Part shown: positions 26,001 through 38,499 of the stretch, piece after piece
How positions within the stretch are numbered: position 1 is the stretch's first letter
Layout: each line of letters begins with the position of its first letter
Source of the DNA: Tubulanus polymorphus
Lineage: Eukaryota > Animalia > Nemertea
Length of the DNA stretch: 64,000 bases
Assembly: GCF_964204645.1 (NCBI RefSeq)
Contig: NC_134027.1
Span: forward strand, 8,588,485 to 8,652,484
Direction of reading: 5' to 3'
Notes under the pieces: model-generated
Told to the model about the DNA's origin: nothing
Seen by the model: only the letters and a program-made list of their open reading frames with translations
Database searches by the model: none
Translations under genes and position numbers: made by a program

Positions 26001-27228
26001 CTGCCGCCTATCTACCTACCCTGTACACTACTACATTTTAAAAAATCATGAATGAGCTAAAATTAACAGACCCGGCAGCTATAGAAATCAACTGATTACA
26101 AATTTTATTGCGATTTACCAGCCGATTAGGAGAAACGAGGTAATGTTTTTAGCCTTAATTCACAGTATTCTTAGGAGTGAATTTAATTTCACTCGCGAGC
26201 GATGCTTTTTCTTGTCGTTCGAATTTTTTTCGATTTTTACCCTTGAACTTTCTTGCGATCGGGATCGGCTTCGGTTGTGCTTGTTTTCCGTCGGTCGGCT
26301 TCTAGAACGCGAGCGTCTGTCGTGCGATGATGTTTTCGTGACCGATCGCGACCGGCTGCGGTCACGCGTCGTCGACGACGTCAATCGCATCGTTCGCTTA
26401 GCCCTTACTCTACGCTTCCATTTCTCGGACGGTAGCAGGTTGTCATCGTCGTCGAAGTCTGAAAAATTTCAATACATAACAATTTGAAAAGTCTACGTCA
26501 TTTAACAAGGTGATCGTACGTTGTAGTTTGAACTATATCCTGTTGTAATTTGTTCATCAATGACATGATGAATGCAGAGAAAAGTCATCATAGCTAAATT
26601 TTCGTACCACAGTAGAACTCACTTAATTCGGACGACTATGGACTGCCCAGATTTCTCCGAATGAAGTAAAATCCGTATTATGAATAACAGTTTACATGGT
26701 TCCAGGTTGAATGGACCAAATATTACGTCCGAATTAGATGAAAATTGCGATAGAGAAAACCGAATCAAGCGATTTGTAGTGTAGTGCGGAAAATTTAGCT
26801 ATGCTGCCTCTGATACTTGTCTCAGTTCAGGTTTGAGATTGACAGACTGATCAGCTGCCTGTCTCCTGCTGTTCAAACAAAAACACTGGAAATCTCAACC
26901 ATTTCACGCTATAGGTAGATCCACCTGTTTCGATTGAACAGTCCTCAGTATGATCGCGATAATCCTTTCGCCTATATAAGACCGCTGCTGGTGCTATCGT
27001 TAATTCTGTAACGGCTTCGAGAAAATCGTATTGTCATCAGACTCGGCAGTATATCGGCGGCAGCAGCGTTGGATGGATGCATATCAACGCATCTCTTTTA
27101 CTAAGCCAATATCGAATACGCATAGACGGTTACTATGGAAACTGAATACTCTTATTGAGAAAGGTGACCGCTGATCCATTTAGGAGTTTCGTCGCATTTT
27201 ACGTACCTTTCGTCGAGAGGATTGACAT
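23080..27228 (-). CDS. PPHLN1: Periphilin-1-like protein (HUSH complex subunit), ~573 aa; N-terminal exons tentative
   Basis: Exons 27228-27207, 27005-26925, 26458-26193, 25634-25546, 24647-23710, 23595-23462 and 23271-23080 total 1722 nt in frame. The C-terminus KKRQIEKAYKQDCETFATVVKMLVSKDSRLEESIEYSLRENLRDIGQRCVKEL matches periphilin KEIEQVYRQDCETFGMVVKMLIEKDPSLEKSIQFALRQNLHEIGERCVEEL. The upstream part is an RS/Ser-rich disordered region. Confidence 0.85.
24934..25112. mobile_element. Degenerate Tc1/mariner-type MITE
   Basis: TACGGTAAACTACACTTTAATCGGTAC ... GTACCGATTAAGAAGGAGTCTTCTGTA: imperfect terminal inverted repeats with TA ends. Confidence 0.5.
25239..25405 (-). mobile_element. 3' end fragment of a LINE/SINE-like retroposon with a (TCAA)n tail
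   Basis: Shares ...GTCCTTCATAG...ATGTTCTATG.AAAT.AAA..(TCAA)n on the minus strand with 51926-52053. Short-repeat tails are typical of CR1/L2-type elements. Confidence 0.45.
25943..26154. mobile_element. MITE family A copy (Harbinger-like)
   Basis: TTA|GGCTAAAGAAATGGATACCTTATTTCTC...GAGAAACGAGGTAATGTTTTTAGCC|TTA with a TTA target-site duplication. Confidence 0.75.
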
Positions 27229-29651
27229 GTGTGTGTATGTGCTGCGCAATCTGTGCGTTCGAAGATGTATCTATGAGATAAAACTACACGCACTGAGTCT
27301 CTACCGAGAGACACGAGTATAGCGTTCTTTGTTTTGATGTTGTTTCTGCGTATATCGTAATAAACTGTATTGATTCAGCGTGATATTTTCCATTGTATTC
27401 ATTTGGTGTTTTGTGGCACAGATGTCTACACTCGCTAGAAAAGAGTTGAGAGCGCTTTTGTTTCTGTAGTGAATGCTGAAAAGTGCAGTGCGGATCTCGC
27501 TGTATCCGGCATTGTGATTGTAATGTATTCTCTCATACAAAATCTGTATAACCCGGATCAGTTTGATATGGATTTCTAATCGTAGATTATCTTCGGTCCA
27601 GTCCGCTGTGCTAGGTTTATGAAGAATATACTTTTATCTGGATTTCTCATAACTGAATTCATTTCATCGTATCCAAATGATCCTGACTAAGTCTAATCTT
27701 CTATGTATTTGTTTTTGGTTTACCTATGTGTTTCCGATAGTTGGTTGGCTGTTTGCCAAGGTGTTATGTCAAATTGTACAACAAAATTTAGCGGTAATAC
27801 CTACGAGAGTGTACTTTTTTTTCGAGGTGAGGCCAGAAGATAGGAACGGACGATGCAATATTTTGCGAGAAATACGCTAAAAACTTCAAAAATCCTTCAC
27901 TTTCTGTAACTAAAGTTTTCTGATCATTTTCAAGACCAACCTCTACTGCATGCAAGTTAACACTACCAAATGAATATTAATTATACGTACCTCTAGATAC
28001 TAGAAAAGAAACCACTTCGCTGGTGAGAAGTAATTTGTACACAATTACTCATAGGCTGTTTATAGATAAGTGGAATTATCATTTTTTCCCATTTTATTTG
28101 ACTTCCGTCTTCGTATATGGAAGCATAGCAGTCTACATAGTATGAGTTTTTAGATGAGGATAATGTAATCCGCGTCGACACTGCCATAGTTAAACCGTTC
28201 TAAAGGGGACCGGGCAACCGCCAAATATAGAACGGAATAAAGCATTTTTGAATTCGCTACAGCTTGTTATCACTGGTTACGCGTTGCCATGAGTATTTCA
28301 TGTTCAATACAAAATAATTATTTTCACTCGTTTCATGCCTTGTAGCAATTTAGGCTAAATTCTAAGCCTGTTCTTTCAAATAGTCGGATATATTAAATCT
28401 AGCAGTCAGATGCGTTGTTTTGATAAAGCGAATCTGCCGATGAAAAACAACAACACATCTGACTGGCTTAATAGATAGACTGCCGCTAACAGGGGTTGGT
28501 TTCATGATAGAGTTTAAGCTTAAATCAGTTAAGTTTGAATTGTTGTCCTCATTGAATACATGAAGTAACCAATGGCAATTAGCGTAGAAGCACAGTAGGA
28601 TACTTCGTTATTTTCACTGACTTCAATTCATTATCCCACCCTTAATTCCCTCCCCTTTTCTTATGTAGAAAATTGTATACATTCGTATTGGGTGTACTTA
28701 TTTGTGAATGTTGTCACATCATATGATGAATTATTTGGCGATTTTGTGGCCAAACTTTTCGCTAAATATATACATGTATGTTTCAATTAGCAACAATTTT
28801 GTAATAAACTTAGTTTCATCAGTCATTTATACTAATAAATGACCTTTATCAATCATCTACATGTCTTGTTTATTTTGCTTCAAACAATGCTTGTCGTTTT
28901 CCATTTCTTACGGAGCGGGGATATCATAAAAGATTTTAGTTTAATTTTTTAGTGAAACTGAACCCTGTTCGCCCAAGAAATCTTGGGCAGTGTTATAGAC
29001 CAATGAAGGAACTGCGGTCAGGGTTTGTGTCAGCTGGAGGCAAGTGAGGATGGCATAGTCTTTCTACCAGCTGTCTGTTGTTTTGTAATTATTTTCAAAA
29101 AGTGTGAAAAATCCATTACCTTCGTCGATGTGGCGGTCTCTAACGCGATTTCTACGAAACGCTGCTCTTACGAGATGTCCACTTCCTCTGAAACCTTTTA
29201 GTCTACCGCGGGACGTCCATCGCGAAGGAAATCCACATTTGGGAGCGATTACTTGCCGCGGCCACGGCGGTCGTGACGTTTGTGAACTGTGTATCATCAT
29301 CCAAGGCTCGAGTAGTTCTCTGTCTTGGTCGACGGTCATACTTTGCTGCATCACCGTGTTCACATAAGCTTGGTTCATCAATTCGAGAATTTGAATAGCT
29401 TCAAAATCCTCCATTTCAACTATACAAACACATTACCCGTATTCATGTTGTGAAATGTGCAAGTTTTCCTTTATCAGCAGTTATACGTGTGTGTATCAAT
29501 AATTTCAACCTAAATCATAACAGATAATACTTAATGATAAAACTAGATATTGTCAACACACACTGTGAGTGGTCAATTAACGTATACAGAATTATTGAAT
29601 TCATTGAATTTTTGATGCAAGTTGTAGATTAATTTACGATTTGCCACGTTA

Positions 29652-30221
29652 CATTAGAACCTCGTTAATAACGAGCTCGGATATAAGGATTAATCGGTTA
29701 TTGAAACCCTTTCAAATTTCCCCCCGAAGTACGAGACAATTCTGATGACTTCATACCACATATAACTTTCAATTTTAAAAAATTCCCTCAACCCACTGAG
29801 CACTGGCACGCAGGGCAATATTTGTGGGTTTGATGTTTCTTTTTCCCAACTGGAGAGAGACTCGACAGGTGCGTTGGAAGCAATGTTTTATTGCTGCGGC
29901 CGAATGCTGATTTTGGACGGGCTCTTAATATTGCCGCCGCAAATTGACTTCATTTCTTCACTGAAAACGTGGTATTCAAAAAGAAAACGTCATTCAGTAA
30001 ATTATTGGCACGGCTTTCGCAGCTGCAGTGGCTGCACTTCTAACGCCACTGCTCATGAAGAACCTTCGACACCGGGTTCCATCCCATAAACCCTGGATTG
30101 ACGAGACCAGTGACTGGCGGCTAAAACAACTCTACCACTGCGTCTCTCTGCGTATTACCAACTATCGGATATGACGAACAGATTTCCTGTTGCCCTGAAG
30201 TTCGTTGTAACGAGGTTCCAC
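29652..30221. mobile_element. Degenerate non-autonomous Tc1/mariner (Tigger-like) element
   Basis: Imperfect inverted ends CATTAGAACCTCGTTAATAACGA ... TCGTTGTAACGAGGTTCCACT. Confidence 0.45.
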
Positions 30222-32257
30222 TACTAATTGTAATTTGCGTTTCGTATGGAATTAATGTCTTAATCATTTGATTATTTTTCAGACCTGATGCTCGAGGAAA
30301 TGGCGAGGCTACACCTCATTGATTGAATGCGATTGTTTTTGTGAACGATGAATATCCCGTAACCCAGCACAAACGACCAAAGTGTACACCTTCGATTGAG
30401 ATTAGGGAAAAGACTGACAGTGTATACAGAAACAATAGTCCAAAATGTCTATATTATGCAAAGAATCATCATTAAGATATCTTAAGTGACCTCATCCTCA
30501 TCCCGCAAACCCTTCATTGGTCTATTACGCCATCCAGTCTAGATGTATAGACTGGTGCCTGAGCGGCAACCTGTCCGCCCAAGAAATCTTGGGCAATGTA
30601 ATAGACCAATAAAGGGTTTGCGGCCAGGGTTTGTGTTGGCGTGTGCTTCGGTGCGCAGCAACCAAACCCTGACAAGTGAGGATGAAGTGACCTGGGCTCT
30701 TACTGCTACTGTTTTGTTATATTATAATCGGAATCATGTATTTCAAGAGTTTGTATTTTGATCATGCGATCATCTACAGGAGAAACTAACAACTAATATT
30801 CTTATCATTACTATTAACTTGATATTGTTATTGAACAAGAGATGTTTCATTTGCATTTTAGTTATGTTTCGAAAAATCGAGTCTTTAAGATATTCTTATA
30901 GGAATGAGAAATGTTTCATCAGCATTCTAGAAAAATCAAGTCTTTAAGTACATCTTAAGACTCGAGCGACCGCCTGTTCCCTAACTAGAGATTGTTTTGC
31001 GTTAAGTATGTATATTTTTAACTTGATACTGTGGAAAGAGAATTTCATATGGTGGTAATTAAGTATATTTCTATAACAGTAATCTATAGTATACTTGTAC
31101 TTGAAGGAGTATTTTGAATGTGAATTAGTTTGGTTGAATTTCAATGGCTGCTATGTAATTGTGCGTTGAGACTGCGCATGGACGTACAAACTAGATCTAG
31201 TTTATCTAGTTTATACGTCGAATGGACTGGGTAATGATTTCAGGGATTAATCACTTTCCAACCTTATGTAGATATGCGCATTTATGTAGATACATGTATA
31301 CGCTGTAAGACCTAATAAGTAAACCTATGTATTTCTTATAAATAGAAGAACACTTTAAGTTTGATGATGAAGTGAAATCTGTGCTATATTAGTTCAGGGA
31401 TCTGCGAGATTTCCTTTGAAATTGATTGTTATGAAATACAGAAATTGTCGAGGCCGAAGTCATCGAAAAGCTGTTACAATTTGCAACCAATTATCATGCT
31501 GAGAATACTGTAGGTACTGTGCTTGGATGCGTTGTTTGTACAGTTACTCGTATACCTTTTAAAATGTTTTCCCGATGAATTTTATATCTCTATTTCATAA
31601 CCACACTGGCATTATTAATACTGCTATCAGTGATGAAGGCATGTTTGATTTATGAAAATAAATTCAATAATTCTTTTCATATAGAATTTCGTGTTTAGTA
31701 CATTCGTATTTCCTACGGAAGATTTTGGCTCATGACTGACATGTACCTTTCAAACTTACGCACGGCCTGGGACAACGATGTGTAAGGCAACTCTTTTTCG
31801 TGAGACTTTCTAAACTACCGCCCCAAAAAGGCATCCGTTCATATGAGATCTAAGGACATCTGATAACATGAACAACCTTATCATGTTCTTTTGATAATAA
31901 ACTATTTGACAATCATCAGTGACATAAAAATTTATACATACACATACATGTATACGCTATGCAAAAATTCGTTGAATTTTCCTCTTCATTGTGGAAAACA
32001 CTGAGAAATAAAACTTTTAAGGTTGGTTTGAAGATTTACTTTCGTAAATCGTCCACGATTGCAAGCTTTATACCTAATAATGTCAACTTGATTCTTAAAT
32101 GATTAAAAGAAACACGCTTATGTATCGCAAATATTATCTACATACGCATTAAGATTAAAACTGGTTTGGAAGCGTTTAAAGTTCACACTGTCATTACGCA
32201 GTACTTACTGTTCAGTAGGTTCCCCTTCAAAGACGTTTGAGTATATATAATGCCAAT

Positions 32258-35241
32258 ATGTTGACGAATATACCTTGGAAGATATGGTTTTCGACCCTCG
32301 GAAAACTAGGGGTCATAGCAACACTTTGGAATGTATGGAGGCTCGTGAAAGGGGTTTACTATCCTAGCGATGATTCGGTTTTGATTGCCGGTAAGAGTCT
32401 AAAATAGTAATCGTATATAGTCTGGGGCGGGTCCAGGAATTTTGAATAAAGGGGCCCAAAAATCCGAGGCCTGTACACATGCAACATTGCACAACATGGC
32501 ATGGACGGAAAGTCCTTAAGAAGGTATTGGGGCCACCAGAAAAGTTTTGAAAAAATGGATCATTTTTTGAGCATCTACATGTAGATCGATTCTAGAACAA
32601 AATAACCAGCATTAATTTTCCACTTTAAGTGTAACTTTCTTAAGCCATAGGTTATGAAAATGATATTTTTGGCAAAAAAAACAGGGGCCCTGGATACGTC
32701 CTGGTAGTGAGCCAACATTTTGGCGATTCCTTTCTTGGATTGTGTCGTTCCGCACTGATCTTAAATAATACGTTGTATATACATGATATTTACAGGAGTG
32801 TTAGTGGTAGGATGTCTTTTGTTTTGCCTTGTGTGTTTTGATATAGCCAGCAGTCGACCAAGTGACTCAGAATCTTTGAAGTTCATCTTCGGTTGCTACC
32901 TCATTGTCAGAGTGTTATTTCGATTCGTAGGTTGGCGGCGTTACAAGTCTTTAGTTCGGATGTCGAAAGACGTCGAAAATACACAAAATCGTCTGCTCAT
33001 GAAACTGATCGCAAATTCGAAAAACACAAAATATGGTTTAGATCACGGGTTTAAACGGATAAATTCAGTTAGCGATTTTTTCAAGACTCAACCATTAACA
33101 AATTATAAAGATTACAAACCTTACATCGACTACACGTTTGAGACCGGGGATCTGAAAGACGTCACGTTCAAAGGAAAGATTGCCTTTTATGGAGCTACAT
33201 CGGGAACCACTGGAAACAATAAGATTTTCCCTTTGTCCGATCAACATATTAGTGAAATGGGCCACTTGTTTTCGGCAACATTCTCGCGTGCATTTCAATG
33301 GATCCCTGCATTATCACATCTCAATCTCCCGTTTTTTATCCGTATCGAACCAGAATTTAAAATGTCGCCACAAGGCATCCGGATAGGACCGCTATCATGC
33401 GCTAGACCATCAAATTTCTTCATCCCGTACAATATCAACAAAGCAGCGTCTGAGGCAGGCGAAGAGACAGTAATGTACGTCCATGCCCTTCTAGCATTAC
33501 GTAAACGCGATGTGGAGTGTTTCTGGTTGGGATTTGTTGGACTTGCGAAACTTTTGATGACAGTCATGGAATCCAAATGGAAACAATTATGTACCGATAT
33601 AGAAAGGGGCGAAGTTTGTCCTGTACTCCCTCTATCGTCAGAGATACAAAGGGAACTGAACGGGCTCCTAAAACCTGATCCAACACGAGCAGATGAACTG
33701 AGAATAGAATTCGAATCTGGCTTTCAGGATATCATCCCTCGTATTTGGCCAAAAGCTAGCTGTATCGGCCTCTTGACATCCGGGTCATTTAAAACCAGTG
33801 CAGAATTATTAAAGAAGAAATATTTCGGCCAAATTCCGGTTTTGTCCAGTGCTTATCTTGGAACAGAATGTAACTATGGATGTCAGACATTTGCTATTGA
33901 TAACAAATTTGAAGATAATTACACTCCGGTTGCTGACGAGGTTTTCTTTGAATTCATTCCCGCTGATGAAATGCATAAAGGCCAACCTCAAACTAAAAGG
34001 ATTCATCAGGTACGGAATTGATAATCTTAAGTAAATCACTTTTAGTTCAAAACAATTCCTATTGATTTCTTTTGTATTCGTAGTTGGAAATGAACGAAGA
34101 ATACGAGATAGTTGTAACTAATAATAGGGGACTTTACCGATATCGCTGCGGTGACGTCATCGCAGTTGTAGGATTTTTCAACGACTTGCCACTTATCAAC
34201 CCATCTTACAGGTTTGTGCCGATACATATTCAACCTTATCATATGAAAATCGTTTAGAAATATCTGTATTCATCTCATTTTTGAAAACAGATCAGGCCAA
34301 ATTTTAAATGTGGCTAACGAAAAATTGACCGAAACCGCCCTGGCAGAAGGATTAAGCATCGCTGCAGATTCTTTGGATATCTCCATCGTAGACTACACAG
34401 CCGTCGAAGGCCCATTGTTTGAAGAGGCTATAAAAAGTAGGTCTATTGAAAAAAAATATTTAGGCTTCACTGACGTCCATAATGATTCCTATTCAACCCG
34501 AAAAGAGCGACTGTAAGACAAAACACTTTTAAAAAAGTCGTCTCTCCATAAGTCAATAACGTTAGGCAGATAATTACGTTATCTCATCAAAAAATCTACA
34601 AATGATTTGATTGATTCTTAATGAGATTCTAAATTTTTTGGGGTATCTTTATTCATTTTTAATTTTCATAGTATGTTCAAAGGCTTTTTAGTTGCCCATC
34701 TCAGTTTAGCATATTTCTGGCGAAGTGCGGAGTTGTTGGCTTGCTCGCTAATATCCAAGTCACAGTTGGCTTGTTTTTGTTAAAATGTAACTGTTAAGAC
34801 ATCATTCAAATTTTCTAGTTGCGCAGACTGGTAGAATGCAAGGCCTTTATGAAGCCATTTTCATCGAAATAACTACAAAATCTGGAAAATCTCGGATGTT
34901 AAAGCCACACGAGAAAGCTAAGGTAACGCCAGGTCAATTACAAAAAGGATATACCTGGTACATTTGATTTATAAGGTTAAGATTAATTCTTTCAGTTTGA
35001 CGGAAGTTTGATGGAAGCTCATGAGTGCTATCGCGCGTGTCGGAATAACGGTATTCTACAGCCGATGTTGGTGTACCAGGTTAAAGATGGAACTTTTCAT
35101 AAATTTCGACAGTTGGTGACCTCATCGAATCCGTTAACGAGCGTGATGCAGTTCAAACAACCTAGATCACTTATAAAGCATGAACATATCAGGTTCTTCA
35201 TAGAAAACGTTTACAATGAAGCTGAAGATTCATCCATATGA
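32258..35241 (+). CDS. GHDC: GH3-domain protein (GHDC / acyl-acid amido synthetase-like), copy 1, intact, ~656 aa, with N-terminal hydrophobic segments
   Basis: Exons 32258-32390, 32796-34009, 34084-34211, 34291-34436, 34819-34922 and 34996-35241 total 1971 nt in frame. GH3 motifs: PLTNYKDYKPYID, P-loop ATSGTTGNNK, LCTDIERG, PDPTRADEL, PRIWP, YLGTE, FFEFIP, YEIVVTNNRGLYRYRCGD and QFKQPR. Confidence 0.92.
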
Positions 35242-35948
35242 ATCCATAGTTCAACTATATTCGAGACTTTTACTTGGGGAAGTATTTTTAAGATTGCGTT
35301 GGATCTATGACGATAGATTAATTCATTTCTTCTCGTTGCACTATAGAGAACTGTAACGTAATGATTATACATTAATCTGTTTAATGATTATGTAATGTTG
35401 TTCGGATCATTTATACGTTAGTTTGTATTGACCGAGATTTCACAGTAAAGCCTGTTAAATGAAATATATGAATATAATTGATTTTCTAATGGATTTTGCC
35501 AGCTGCTCTCATTCGTACATGCCTGTTTGCAGGGAGCATCTCACTTGTTTTCGAAATTTTCGAAATGTCCAATTTCGTTGCGAAAGTTGAATAAATCGTC
35601 ATATCTTAGAAACTTTGTGAGCAGTAGTTGGTTCTAAAATACCAGGAAGCCTGTAACTGTAGAAGGATTTTGTATAAAAACCAACTGAAATGTAATAATT
35701 TGAGAGAAGGTTCCGAGGAGCACGAATATAAAAACAAAGAAATGAAACTTTTCTTGGTTTAGCTATTTATATCTTTCGCTGAAAAATGTTTTTCCTACCA
35801 GCGCATTGCTTGGTATTGAACAGACTGTGACCCTGTTCAACGCGTCCTAGGACAATGTTATATCTAATTCGTATTTACTGATATCATAGAACTTGTATTG
35901 TCAGCTATATCGATAGGTCTTCCGTCGAAGACGTTTATAAGAACTAAT

Positions 35949-37700
35949 ATGTTGAATATGACTTGGGAGAAGTGGTTTTCGAGGCTAGGAAAATTAGGCG
36001 TGGTAGCAACAATATGGAACGTATGGAATCACATTAAGGCGACGCACTATCCTAGTGATAATTCGGCAACAATCGCAGGTAACTTTCTATCCCGCTATCA
36101 GCCTTGGCTATTGATGATATTCCTTCTTGTATTGATTTCATTACGCCGTACGTAAATATTCTGCGGTACCTTTGCATAGCAAGGTACTAAAATATTTTTT
36201 TTTCAAAATATTTAAAATCTTTATTTACAGTTGTTTCAGTGGTGGTATGTGTGCTGTTCAGTTTTCTATGTTTCGATATAGCTCGCAAACGACCAACCAA
36301 TTCCGAGTCCTTGAAATTCGTCATCATCTACTATTTTATCGTTAGAATATTGATTCCCTTGGGAGGTTGGTGGCGTTATAGGTCCTTAGTTCGAATGTCG
36401 AAGGATGTAAAAAATACGCAAGATCGCCTTTTGATGAAGCTGGTATCAAGCGCGAAAGACACTAAGTACGGTTTAGATCATGGATTTAAGAATATAGATT
36501 CAATTGGTGAATATTTCAAGACGCAGCCGATAACGAATTATAACAATTACAAACCCTACATCGACTACATGTTTGAAACAGGGGATCTAAAAGACGTCAC
36601 TTTCAAAGGGGCAGTTGTGTATTTCGGAGCTACATCGGGGACCACCGGGAACAATAAAATATTCCCCGTGTCCAATAAACATATGATCGAAGTAAGTTAT
36701 GCATATTTGGTAACATTTTGGCGCGCATTCAATCTGATACCAGGGTTTGATAATCTTAATCTTCCATTTTACATCCGCGTTGAACCAGAATTTAAAATGT
36801 CACCACACGGTATCCGAATAGGGCCGATATCATGCTATCATCAGGCAAACATCTGTGTGTCGTACAAAATCAACAGAGCTTTATCTGAGGCAGGCGAGGA
36901 GACTGTGTTTTACGTCCACGCTCTTCTCGCGTTACGTAAACGCGATTTAGCTGTTTTTTGGTTGACTTTCGTTGGACTTACAAAGCTTTGGATAACAACT
37001 ATTGAAACGAAATGGAAACAACTATGTACCGATATAGAAAGGGGTCAGGTCTGGATTGCGCTCCCCCTATCGACGGAAATAAAAGCTGAACTGAACGCCC
37101 TTCTGAAACCTGATCCAAAACGAGCAGATGAGCTGAGAATAAAATTCGAATCCGGCTTTCAGGATATCATCCCACGAATTTGGCCAAACGCTAGCTGTAT
37201 TGGTCTCTTGACATCCGGGTCATTTAAAACCAGTGCAGAATTATTAAAGAAGAAATATTTCGGCCAAATTCCCGTTTTTTCCAGTGGCTATGTTGGAACA
37301 GAATGCAACTATGCATGTCAGACATTTGCTATTGATAACAAATTTGAAGATAATTACACTCCGGTTGCTGACGAGGTTTTCTTTGAATTCATTCCCGCCG
37401 ATGAAATATATTAAGGCCAACCTCAAACTAAAAGGATTCATCAGGTACCTATAGAAATGAAACACCCGCGTTATCTATTTGGCTGAAAACTATAATCATT
37501 ATTTCTTGTAACCGTAGTTGGAAATGAACGAAGAATACGAGATAGTTGTAACCAATAATAGGGGACTTTACCGATATCGTTGCGGTGACGTCATTCAAGT
37601 CGTAGGATTCTTCAATGATTTACCTCTCATCGACCCATCTTACAGGTGTGCCATCGTTTTCTCTTCATTTTCGTCCAAACTATTCAAAGACAATTCATAT

Positions 37701-37787
<87 letters not shown>

Positions 37788-38499
37788 TTTTAATAGATCT
37801 GGCCAAATTCTAAATGTGGCTAATGAAAAATTGACCGAAACCGCCCTGGCAGAAGGTCTGAACATAGCTGCAAATCATTTAGATATATCTGTGATCGATT
37901 ACACAGGCGTTGAAGGTCCCACGTTTGAGGAGGTTATGAAAAGTAAGTTAATTTTCTACGGAAAAGGAAATTGAGGTGTTCCGCAAGAACACGTTATGAC
38001 AAACTCGCTGCTTTGAGAAAAAGACAAATGTGTAGTTTATGATTTTGTGTGACTGTGTGAATATAAGCTTGTTTCTATTTCCATTATAAGTTGCAAGAAA
38101 CGATGAAATGCAAGGCCTTTATGATGTCGTGTTCATCGAAATAACTGCAAAGTCTGGACAACCTCGAATATTGAAGTCGCATGAGAAAGCGAAGGTAAGA
38201 CCAAGGTATGCACCTGAATCATTTTTCAAACATGTAAGACCCATAACCTCATAAACATAATGTTCATTTAGTTTGATGGTGGTTTGATTGAGGCTCACGA
38301 AAACTATCGTGCCAAACGGAATCAAGGCATTCTACATACTATGTTGGTGTATCAGGTCAAAGATGGGACATTCATAAAATTCCGACAGATGGTGCTAGCA
38401 TCGAATCAACTAACTAGTGCGATGCAGTTCAAACAACCTAGATCACTTGCAAAACACGAACACATCAAATTCTTTTTGGACAACGTTTACAAGGATTAA
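35949..38499 (+). pseudogene. GH3/GHDC copy 2 with an in-frame premature stop
   Basis: Same six-exon layout as copy 1. The codon AAA (copy 1 CAT AAA GGC) reads TAA at 37412-37414 (TAT TAA GGC), before the YRYRCGD exon. Downstream exons remain open. Confidence 0.8.
37703..37783. repeat. (TA)n microsatellite in an intron of GH3 copy 2
   Basis: ~80 bp TA repeat with one phase shift. It is absent from the equivalent intron of copy 3. Confidence 0.95.
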
